From the NCBI GenBank assembly GCA_016927185.1, contig JAFGND010000006.1, positions 62,001 to 100,674 on the forward strand: a stretch of 38,674 bases of DNA, read 5' to 3'. Positions 27,352 through 35,762 of the stretch are shown in pieces. The stretch is from Candidatus Coatesbacteria bacterium. GTDB taxonomy: Bacteria > JAFGND01. The notes under the pieces were generated by a model, which had not been told where the DNA came from, made no database searches, and saw only the letters and a program-made list of their open reading frames with translations. Positions within the stretch are counted from its first letter, which is position 1. Every line of letters starts with the position of its first letter. A program made the translations under genes and the position numbers.

Positions 27352-29130
27352 ATGTTAAGTTTGAAGCAGAGATCAGAGATAGTAATTGTAGCAATAACAG
27401 CTCTTTTTCTATCTATTATCTATCTCTGGGAAATTCCCAAACTGTCTTATAACTCTTTGTTTATGAATCCAGATTCAGATACTGTCCTGTATACTTTAGA
27501 CTGGCAAGCATACAGCATTATCTATGAACCTGGAAATTTCTTTCATATTCCCATGGGCTATCCGAAGAAATACAATCTGGCTAGACAGGATCAGTTCTTC
27601 GGAGCATTGTTACTGTATTTGCCTATAAGATATCTGACTGATAATCCAGTATTTGCGCTGAATTTAACAACAATTTTATTGTTCACCTTATGTCTTTTGT
27701 GCACGTATTTGTATGCTAGACACTTGAGATTCAATCCTTTAATCTCATTTGGTGTATCAATGGTTTATGCGTTTTATTCCTTTCATGCAACAAACATACC
27801 TAGAACACAACTGCATACAATCTACTTCTTACCACTGTCTTTGCTTTCAATGGAAATTTTCCTGGAAAAAAATAAAAGGATCTTCTTGTTTGTTTCAGGA
27901 ATCTTGTATGGTATGCAGATAATATCTTGCTGGTATTATGGATTCTTTTTAGCACCCTTTATTATATTATATTTGTTTATAAGGGAGAAACAGGAAAAAA
28001 ACAAGATAGGCAAGATACTAAAGGATTTCCTTTTGTTCAGCTTGTCTGTTTTCATAATCACTGCTCCATTTGCATATCCATACTACTTGAATTACAAGCA
28101 AACACCTATTTTCTATATAAATCTTGATAAGGCTATAGAACGAAGCTTGAGTCTCAGGGATTTGTTTAATCCAAGCCCCTTTCTGAAAACCTTTAGCTTA
28201 TATAGCAAGATTTTAAAACCAAAGATACCTTTTGAAGAACATACTGCATATATAGGTTTTATGCCATATTTGCTGCTCCTTATTATCTTGCCTTTATTTA
28301 TAAGTCTATGGAAGAAAAACGAAATAGATAGAGATTTAAGGAAATTTGTTTTCCTGTTTCTATTTCTATTGATCATTTCCTTCGTAATCGCATCTGGACC
28401 TGGCAAAATATGGAATAATCAATTTATTCCCCTGCCCTACTATTTTCTATACAAATTCATACCTGGATATAAAAGTATAAGATCTCCTGGAAGAGCCAAC
28501 ATAATGCTTGTTTTTTGCATTCTCTTTCTGATAGGTATTGTTTCAGAAGTATGCTTCAGGAAGATGAAACTGAAGCATAAAACAAAATTTATAATCTCCA
28601 TATTAATACTGTTCATATCTTTCTATGAGATATTACCAATGAAATTCAAATTACTGAGACATCCACTGGAAAAAGAACTACCTGGAGTATACAAGACTTT
28701 AAAAAACTCGAATAATGAAATTGTATTACTTGATTTATACCCATATTCTCATAAAATAACCATACCTGATCCTAAAACAAACAATTTAACTAACAGAGTC
28801 TCAATGAAACCTTCCAAATGTCTTTATTTCGCGGTTTTTCACAGGAAAAAACTGGTTAACATGTATACAGCATATCCAGATAGTGATTATATTGAAATAG
28901 AGAAAGCTGTTGATGACTTCCCTTCCGCTTTATCATTAAAGGAAATAATCAAGAGGAAATATATCACTCATGTTATAATTCATACCGAAAATCTGGGTTA
29001 TGAGGAAGACAAGATATTCCTTTCTGATAAAGCCAGGAAAGAATTAATAAAATTCGTAGAAGATAATCCGGAATTAAAACTGCTTGGAATATATGATAGC
29101 AAAGACTATCTGATACAAATAATAAGATAG
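27352..29130 (+). CDS. Multi-pass membrane protein, GT-C/YfhO-like glycosyltransferase
   Basis: Starts 1 nt after the radical SAM stop. D...Y..W and YP in the first loop, YYG, YIG, IRSPGR, many TMs. Confidence 0.75.
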   Translation: MLSLKQRSEIVIVAITALFLSIIYLWEIPKLSYNSLFMNPDSDTVLYTLDWQAYSIIYEPGNFFHIPMGYPKKYNLARQDQFFGALLLYLPIRYLTDNPVFALNLTTILLFTLCLLCTYLYARHLRFNPLISFGVSMVYAFYSFHATNIPRTQLHTIYFLPLSLLSMEIFLEKNKRIFLFVSGILYGMQIISCWYYGFFLAPFIILYLFIREKQEKNKIGKILKDFLLFSLSVFIITAPFAYPYYLNYKQTPIFYINLDKAIERSLSLRDLFNPSPFLKTFSLYSKILKPKIPFEEHTAYIGFMPYLLLLIILPLFISLWKKNEIDRDLRKFVFLFLFLLIISFVIASGPGKIWNNQFIPLPYYFLYKFIPGYKSIRSPGRANIMLVFCILFLIGIVSEVCFRKMKLKHKTKFIISILILFISFYEILPMKFKLLRHPLEKELPGVYKTLKNSNNEIVLLDLYPYSHKITIPDPKTNNLTNRVSMKPSKCLYFAVFHRKKLVNMYTAYPDSDYIEIEKAVDDFPSALSLKEIIKRKYITHVIIHTENLGYEEDKIFLSDKARKELIKFVEDNPELKLLGIYDSKDYLIQIIR

Positions 29131-29131
29131 G

Positions 29132-30361
29132 TTATAATATTTTCTCTGTAATTTTGAAATGTAATTTGACTAAACTGGAAAGGATCTCTCTTCCTTTCTG
29201 TAAATTGATTTCCTTTGCAATCTGAACAGTCTCACTGCTGCTTCCCAATGGTATTTTTCTCCCCAGATTCTCACCCAATTTCTCACATTCAATCAAAAAT
29301 CTTGCCCTGGCTAGAATACTTGCTGCTGCAACTGCCAGATTGTCTTCTCCTTTTGTTCTTATCCTTATTTCAATCCGCGATGATATTTTTCTCAATGCTT
29401 TTGAAATCGTTTTTTCATCGGTAAACTGGTCAGAGAGAACTGCTTCCAGTGTTGATTTTTTCAAAGCGTCTTCCAGGACTTTGCTATGAGCCCAGGCAAG
29501 AAGATCATTAAGATTCTTTCCAGATGCTGAGAACTTCTCGTATAGTTTGTTATAAGTTGAAGGCAAGAAAACCTTGATAATACATTTCTCCAAGAATTCC
29601 TTCATCAAGATTGATGAGATCTCAATTATCTGCTTATCAATCAATAATTTACTATCCTTTATTCCCATATCAATCAGCCTGTTTCTATAGTCTTCGTTAT
29701 AAATAAAACCAGCAACCACAAGAGGTCCGAAATAGTCTCCCTTGCCAGCTTCATCAATTCCCAGATAACATGCATAAGGTACTTTCCATTCATTTTGAGC
29801 TTCATTGGGTATAGCTGCAGTGATAACTGACTTGAATATCTCCTGGTTTTTCTTATTATTGCCTGGCAGATACTGAATACTCAATCCCCTGTTTTTTGTA
29901 TGATAAGTATTTATCCTGTATACTTCATTCTCTTTTGAAAAAAATACCTGGAAGCCATAAGGAATTGCTTTTGATTTACAGATATAAAAACCTTGCTTTT
30001 CCAGACTTGTTTTTATCGATAACAATATGTTTCTAAGAGGATTGTCAAGTTTATTGATTTGCTTCATGAATTCATTTATTGTTTCCTTGAAAGGAATACC
30101 CTTGCTGATTGCTTCACTTACTAGCGTAGAGATAACAAATGCAGCATGATTGTTACCTTTCTGACTTATTTTCATGGAGAATTTTTGCTTGATTGTGCTA
30201 AACAATACGTTACCTGAACCTAATCCTTCAGGCGTATGGATAATGAAGCTTATGCCTGAATTTATTACAGTTGGTTCCAGAAACCAATTGGGATACATAT
30301 GGGCTAGTTCTACCTGAATATAATCATAAATACTCTGAAAAATGGGATTCATATCGTCCAT
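29132..30361 (-). CDS. rnhC: Ribonuclease HIII with extended N-terminus
   Basis: GIDEAGKGDYFGPLVV, DSKLL, YNKLY...NLNDLLAWAH, DQF, AVAAASILAR, KLHFK. Confidence 0.93.
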   Translation of the reverse strand: MDDMNPIFQSIYDYIQVELAHMYPNWFLEPTVINSGISFIIHTPEGLGSGNVLFSTIKQKFSMKISQKGNNHAAFVISTLVSEAISKGIPFKETINEFMKQINKLDNPLRNILLSIKTSLEKQGFYICKSKAIPYGFQVFFSKENEVYRINTYHTKNRGLSIQYLPGNNKKNQEIFKSVITAAIPNEAQNEWKVPYACYLGIDEAGKGDYFGPLVVAGFIYNEDYRNRLIDMGIKDSKLLIDKQIIEISSILMKEFLEKCIIKVFLPSTYNKLYEKFSASGKNLNDLLAWAHSKVLEDALKKSTLEAVLSDQFTDEKTISKALRKISSRIEIRIRTKGEDNLAVAAASILARARFLIECEKLGENLGRKIPLGSSSETVQIAKEINLQKGREILSSLVKLHFKITEKIL

Positions 30362-30372
30362 AGTCAGCCTTG

Positions 30373-31329
30373 TTAATAAGGAATCATCTCAACAAAACCT
30401 TCTCCAGATACCTTTATGCCTTCGAATTGTCCCTTACATTTTATACTGCCTTCATAAAAGACTCTTTCTTTTGGAGTATAAATTTCCTGGTTAATGAAAT
30501 CTGTTTCAATATCCAATTCTATCGCTGGAGATTTACATTTCAAATTCCATAAGACTGGATATGTTATTTTTGAATCAGGTGAAGACCAGTTCTTTAGTTC
30601 ATTCAGTTCAAATTCCTGTGAATTCACAATTTTTCCATCTTTATAATACAAGGACAGATATTTATTTATTATCTTTCCCTTCATATTGAAAGCTTTGTAA
30701 AATACTATATCACTTCCATTATCCAATCTTATCCCAAACCAGTGCCAGAGATGATCCATCGAGAAATTTCCCCATTGATGATCAAACCAGGCAAGTCCTT
30801 TTACTTTGGTTTTCACCCCGTCATTAATCATTTCCCCATCTACTTCAAGTCTGGTAAAAGAGTAATAGTGGTTGCTGCCAACAGTAAAAGGGACCTGACC
30901 ATTTCCCCCAATGAGAAATACTGGCTTTGTTGACCTGAAATTAAGATTCCATGTTAACTGAGGATTTTTCACTTCAGAAATGAAACCGTCTTTATTTACG
31001 CTTTTGAAAACATCAGTATCTGACAGAATCCATTTCAGGTTTAGATCCTTATCTGAACTTATCAATTTCCCCTTCTGGAAAAAATATCTGAAACTCTTCT
31101 TGTCAGCATTATAAAGTGTCTGAATTCTGAAATGATTATTGAAATAGGCTACTATACCTGTCAGTTTCTGATTATCTTCCGTTTTCAAGTGGAAATTATA
31201 ATACCACCATTCTACGACATATTTGCTATGAATTCCATGATCTTTTGGAAATGTTATTTTATAATCTACATTAATCTTCCTGCTGCAGCTTGTTAGCAGA
31301 AGAAATAGTAACAGGTAAAACTTGTTCAC
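30373..31329 (-). CDS. AttH/CrtC-like lipocalin-domain lipoprotein
   Basis: A GTG start at 31329 gives a lipobox LLTSC. Motifs FPKDHG.H...EWWY, WFDHQWG, WHWF..RLDNG, YP..W, YEG, GFVEM. Confidence 0.85.
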   Translation of the reverse strand: MNKFYLLLFLLLTSCSRKINVDYKITFPKDHGIHSKYVVEWWYYNFHLKTEDNQKLTGIVAYFNNHFRIQTLYNADKKSFRYFFQKGKLISSDKDLNLKWILSDTDVFKSVNKDGFISEVKNPQLTWNLNFRSTKPVFLIGGNGQVPFTVGSNHYYSFTRLEVDGEMINDGVKTKVKGLAWFDHQWGNFSMDHLWHWFGIRLDNGSDIVFYKAFNMKGKIINKYLSLYYKDGKIVNSQEFELNELKNWSSPDSKITYPVLWNLKCKSPAIELDIETDFINQEIYTPKERVFYEGSIKCKGQFEGIKVSGEGFVEMIPY

Positions 31330-31433
31330 TCGCCAAAAATTGTATTGATTAGTGTTTCTGTCAAGCATAGCAAATCTCTTGACTTTTTTTGTTACTTAAA
31401 CAGCTTCAGATAAAATTCACAAGGAGACATTTT

Positions 31434-31883
31434 ATGAAATTCAGAATTATTATACTTCTTCTTTTGGTATCATTTTCATTGAAGGTTTTTGCAGAAGAGA
31501 GTTCTGAAGATAAAACAAAAGATATCAGACTGCTTCTGGAACTGACTGGTGCAGAAGAAAATTCCAAACAGGCGATCCAGAATCTGATAAACATTATGAA
31601 AAAAACAGCACCAGCAATATCTGATGAATACTGGAAGAACTTCATGAAAAACCTGAAAACTGATGTTATGATAAATCTTCTTGTTCCAGTTTATGACAAG
31701 TATTTCACTCATGAAGATATAAAGGGGATGATTGAATTCTATAAAACTCCCCTTGGCAAGAAGATAGTTTCTGTCCAGCCAAGCCTTACAAAAGATGCTA
31801 TGGAAATAGGCCAGAAGTGGGGAATTCAGATAAGTCAACAAATAATGAAAGACATCCAGGAAAAAAATAAGAGGGAGGAATGA
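31434..31883 (+). CDS. DUF2059 domain secreted protein
   Basis: AAGGAG RBS, signal peptide, VYDKYFTHEDIKGMIEFYKTPLGKK...GQKWG. Confidence 0.9.
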   Translation: MKFRIIILLLLVSFSLKVFAEESSEDKTKDIRLLLELTGAEENSKQAIQNLINIMKKTAPAISDEYWKNFMKNLKTDVMINLLVPVYDKYFTHEDIKGMIEFYKTPLGKKIVSVQPSLTKDAMEIGQKWGIQISQQIMKDIQEKNKREE

Positions 31884-33358
31884 TGAAGACTCTTCTGATT
31901 ATCATAATAGCATTAACCTGCAATTTGCTTTTTTCAGAAGCTGCAACAATTAGGCAGATAAAAGAAGCGATAGTGAAAAAGAATGCGAAATGGAATGCAG
32001 AAAACAACCTGATTTTTTCTCAACCCTTTGAAATAAGAAAACTTATGTGCGGAACTAAACTACCTGAAAAACTTCCGCCAGTCCAGGTTGAAGTAAGTTA
32101 TGAGAACTTATCGCAACCTGACAATTTCAGATGGGATAATTATGGAGGGTATAACTGGCTTACTCCTGTAAGAAATCAAAGCAGCTGTGGCTCTTGCTGG
32201 GCATTTGCAGCAGTTGGTGTTTTTGAGGGACAGGAAAAGATAACAAATGGTAATCCATTTTATGAATTCGATTTTAGTGAACAGTATCTCGTATCAACTT
32301 GCTGTAATGCTGGGGATTGTGGAGGTGGAGACCATGGATCCGCTCTCGCTTTCATAGTAAATCCAGGAATACCTGATGAAGCATGTTTTCCTTATAAAGC
32401 CAAGAATGCTGATTGTTCGGAACGATGCAGCGATTGGCAAAGCAGAATGAAAAAAGCTGCATCAAGCTATAATATTGCCAGTATTACAGTCCCGCCTTTG
32501 AAAGAAGCATTAAGAAAGGGACCAGTTGCAGTTTCTTTCATGGTTTATGAAGATTTCCAGGCATATAAAGGTGGTGTTTATGAATATACTTATGGTTCTT
32601 TCCTTGGAGGTCATGCAGTAGTATTAGCAGGATGGGATGACGCATTCCAATGCTGGGTATGCAAGAATTCCTGGGGTGCTTCCTGGGGGGAAAAAGGCTA
32701 TTTCAGAATAAAATACGGGAATTGTGGCATTGGCCTTCTTTTCAATTATGCTTGCACAGTTAACAAGGATGAAAAATCCCTCAGGGTTGATATACCTAAT
32801 GGTGGTGAATACTGGAAAGCAGGAAGTTCAGAAATCATAAAATGGACACCAACTGGAGAAGTGAGAAATGTTGATATTCTGTTTACGACAGATGCTGGTT
32901 TGAATTGGCAGAATATTGCAACATCAGAATCTAATGATGGTGAGTTCAGCTGGATGATACCTGATGATACACCAAGAACTACTATTGCAAAAGTGAAAGT
33001 TGTTGAAAGCAATACTTATGAAACGCAAGACCAAAGCGACAATTACTTCACAATCGAAGAAAAAGAGAATTCATTTTTAGATTTTGCTAAAGGTAAATTC
33101 CTGCCAGATTATGGAATAAAATTTATTTCAAGAATGCCTGTAAAAGACAAAGCAATCTGGGAAATCAATCTTCCAAGAAATACTAATGTCGCTGTGCAGA
33201 TTTTCGATGTAAATGGTAAATTCCTTGAGGAACAGACTTTCACTCTGTCTTTAGGCAAAGGTAATTATACATGGAATCCTGCTAAATCTGGAGTCTTTAT
33301 TGTAGTATTCAAGACAAACAAAACAATAATTTCTCAAAAAATAGTCGTTATAAAATGA
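31880..33358 (+). CDS. Secreted papain-family (C1A) cysteine peptidase with Ig-like domain and T9SS-like CTD
   Basis: Catalytic motifs NQSSCGSCWAF, SEQ, GGHAV and KNSWG; PNGGEYW..G domain; IFDVNGK...SGVFIV...KIVVIK. Confidence 0.93.
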   Translation: MMKTLLIIIIALTCNLLFSEAATIRQIKEAIVKKNAKWNAENNLIFSQPFEIRKLMCGTKLPEKLPPVQVEVSYENLSQPDNFRWDNYGGYNWLTPVRNQSSCGSCWAFAAVGVFEGQEKITNGNPFYEFDFSEQYLVSTCCNAGDCGGGDHGSALAFIVNPGIPDEACFPYKAKNADCSERCSDWQSRMKKAASSYNIASITVPPLKEALRKGPVAVSFMVYEDFQAYKGGVYEYTYGSFLGGHAVVLAGWDDAFQCWVCKNSWGASWGEKGYFRIKYGNCGIGLLFNYACTVNKDEKSLRVDIPNGGEYWKAGSSEIIKWTPTGEVRNVDILFTTDAGLNWQNIATSESNDGEFSWMIPDDTPRTTIAKVKVVESNTYETQDQSDNYFTIEEKENSFLDFAKGKFLPDYGIKFISRMPVKDKAIWEINLPRNTNVAVQIFDVNGKFLEEQTFTLSLGKGNYTWNPAKSGVFIVVFKTNKTIISQKIVVIK

Positions 33359-33386
33359 GGAAAGGTTCCTGCAAAAAACCTTTCTT
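33358..33386. terminator. Possible terminator hairpin
   Basis: AGGAAAGGTT / AACCTTTCTT inverted repeat between convergent genes; weak U tract. Confidence 0.4.
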
Positions 33387-33436
33387 AAATCCAGATAAGT
33401 TTTAATGATATAGTTTTCTGTCTATGGAAGTTTCAT

Positions 33437-34924
33437 TCAACACTTTTTTTCTTCAAGAACATCTGTAGCTTTTCCTTTTGGCTTGCTTCTCTTGAAAAAC
33501 TTGAAGAAAATCTTTGCATAATCCATATTTCTGGTTAATTCACCAGGATGTTTTATTGTCCACCATATTTGATGAGCTATATATTCAGGTCTCAGATAAA
33601 ATGCCTTTCTTGCACTATGACAAAAGGAAACCATTTCCTCATTTGGCAAATCAGGATAACTTAAATGTGTCCTGTAATATCCTTCCCTGTCTATCCAGTC
33701 TCTGTAGTCATGAGTTTTCAGATAACCTTCTTTCCTTGCCCATTCATAAAACTCAGTTCCTGGATATAACATTACCGGGAAAAACTGGGCAGTATCTGTG
33801 TTAAGCTTGATGGCAAAATCCAGTGTTTCTTTCATGGTTTCTCTTGTTTCTCCTGGTAAACCTATCATATAACATCCCCTGACAAGTATACCATGCTTTT
33901 TTGTATATTGAACAAATTTATAAGCTTTCTCTAATTTAAGAGATTTTTTCATTCTATCAAGAATATCCTGGTTTCCACTCTCGAACCCTACACAGAGAAG
34001 CCTGCACCCTGCCTTCTTTAAAATACTTATAGTTTCTTCGTCTGCATCTGCTCTCGCATTGGCAGAAAAAGAAAACTTGAAGTTCCTTCTCAGTATTTCT
34101 TCGCAGATTTTTATTGTATGAGATTTCAATGCAATGAAAGTGTCATCTTCGAACATAATGTCTCTCAGGAAAAAATTGTTCCATGCCCAGATTATTTCAT
34201 CTACAATCGCCTCTGGATCTCTCAGTCTGACTTTATGTCCTGCGAATGTCTGGGGATAAACGCATTGAATGCATTGAAAAGGACATCCTCTTGTAGTGAT
34301 TAAAGTGAGTATTGGATGTCTGGAATGTGCATATCTGTAATCTGAGTGTACAAGATGCTTTTTATACTGATATGATACAAACGGGAATTTTTCAAGGTTG
34401 GTTTCTAACTCCCTGTCTTCATTATGCATAATTTTGCCTTCTGAATTTCTGTATGTCAGTCCCTTTACTGTCGAGATATCACCTTTATCTTCAAGTACTT
34501 GTGCCAGTTCAGCAACAGTCAATTCATATTCAAATCTCAATATACCATCAAGAGTATTGTCTATATTCATTGTCTCTTCAGGAACTGCTGTAACATGAGT
34601 TCCTACAAGAACAGAATATAAATCAGGTTTAACTGCTTTTAATCTCCTTACTACATCAATATCATTATAAACAGAGGGTGTGCTGCTTTCGACAACCAGC
34701 AAATCCGGTTTCCATTCTTGTACTACTTTTAATGGTACATCAATCTCCTGATGTCTTGCTGGGCAATCCAGTACTTTCACCTCATGTCCATTTTTCTCGG
34801 CATAACCAGCTGCATAACATAAATATAGAGGATAATATTGAGTTCCGCCCGGATTTACTCCAGGACTTCTTTGAGGTCTGCAATAGTTCTTGAAAAATGG
34901 AGGATTTAGAAAAAGGATTCGCAT
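33437..34924 (-). CDS. Cobalamin-binding radical SAM protein, HpnJ-like
   Basis: AAGGAG RBS; YYPLYL, STPS, TRGCPFQCIQCVYPQT, FEDDTF, VGFESG, GLPGET, YPGT. Confidence 0.92.
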   Translation of the reverse strand: MRILFLNPPFFKNYCRPQRSPGVNPGGTQYYPLYLCYAAGYAEKNGHEVKVLDCPARHQEIDVPLKVVQEWKPDLLVVESSTPSVYNDIDVVRRLKAVKPDLYSVLVGTHVTAVPEETMNIDNTLDGILRFEYELTVAELAQVLEDKGDISTVKGLTYRNSEGKIMHNEDRELETNLEKFPFVSYQYKKHLVHSDYRYAHSRHPILTLITTRGCPFQCIQCVYPQTFAGHKVRLRDPEAIVDEIIWAWNNFFLRDIMFEDDTFIALKSHTIKICEEILRRNFKFSFSANARADADEETISILKKAGCRLLCVGFESGNQDILDRMKKSLKLEKAYKFVQYTKKHGILVRGCYMIGLPGETRETMKETLDFAIKLNTDTAQFFPVMLYPGTEFYEWARKEGYLKTHDYRDWIDREGYYRTHLSYPDLPNEEMVSFCHSARKAFYLRPEYIAHQIWWTIKHPGELTRNMDYAKIFFKFFKRSKPKGKATDVLEEKKC

Positions 34925-35076
34925 TTATACTCCTTTTGCTTGTTTTTTTTACAATAGCTTGATTTATAAGCATTTGTGTCAATGAGATTTAAAATAAAGG
35001 ACGAAAATATTGCATAATTAATGACTTGTTTCGAAAATAAACAGCATAGACGACAAAAAAATGAGAAGAAAACAGG

Positions 35077-35682
35077 TTACTTCTGCATAGCTTCTTCCCT
35101 GATCTTCTCTCCCCTTTGGTTAAAATATAACCATGTTCCTTTCATGATGTCCGACTTGTATTCTCCTTCAGTAGCGATAACTCCGCTTCTATACCATTCT
35201 GTCCATTTGCCTTCCTTCAGGCCAGCTAAATAGTTTGCTTCAATATGCTTGTTTCCATTTTGAAAATATAATGTTGAATAACCATCACGCTTTCCTTCTG
35301 AATACTTTTCTTCAATTAATACTGAGCCATTTTCATAATTTACTACCCAATGTCCCTCTTTTTTTCCATTCTTGTATAGACCTCCGCCCCATAATTTTCC
35401 ATTCTTGTGAAAATATACCCATCTACCTTCTTTCAATCCATTCTCCATTCTTCCATGGGCTCTCTTTTGCCCACTACTCCATTTATCTTCACAATCACCA
35501 TGCTGTTTAGCATCTCTTGTTGAGACTTCCCTTTTCCATGAATTGCTGTTCTTCTGCTCTTTTTCTATATCAAAAATATCAACTGGGTTTTCAGTCTTTT
35601 CCACTTCAGCATAATAATAAGTTTCAGCAAATACAAGAGAATTAAGGATAAACAGGAAAAATAGAAATATTAATTTATTCAA
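35077..35682 (-). CDS. Secreted MORN-variant repeat (YwqK-like) protein
   Basis: AAGGAGG RBS before a TTG at 35682, signal peptide, G.W..Y..NG repeats. Confidence 0.88.
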   Translation of the reverse strand: MNKLIFLFFLFILNSLVFAETYYYAEVEKTENPVDIFDIEKEQKNSNSWKREVSTRDAKQHGDCEDKWSSGQKRAHGRMENGLKEGRWVYFHKNGKLWGGGLYKNGKKEGHWVVNYENGSVLIEEKYSEGKRDGYSTLYFQNGNKHIEANYLAGLKEGKWTEWYRSGVIATEGEYKSDIMKGTWLYFNQRGEKIREEAMQK

Positions 35683-35762
35683 AGTACTCCTCCTTGTTGT
35701 ATCAAACAATTTGCTAGATAAGTAAGCAAATTTCCTCTCTAAAATCAAAAACAAAGGTAAAA

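Noticed and set aside
33422-33442. Cys-TGA at the end of the HpnJ-like gene as a second Sec site
   Set aside because: Only four codons (MKLP) follow before TAG, the tail is low-complexity, and no SECIS-like hairpin was seen.
33437-34924. Assigning hpnJ and hopanoid synthesis
   Set aside because: Only family-level similarity, with no squalene-hopene cyclase or other hpn genes in the window.
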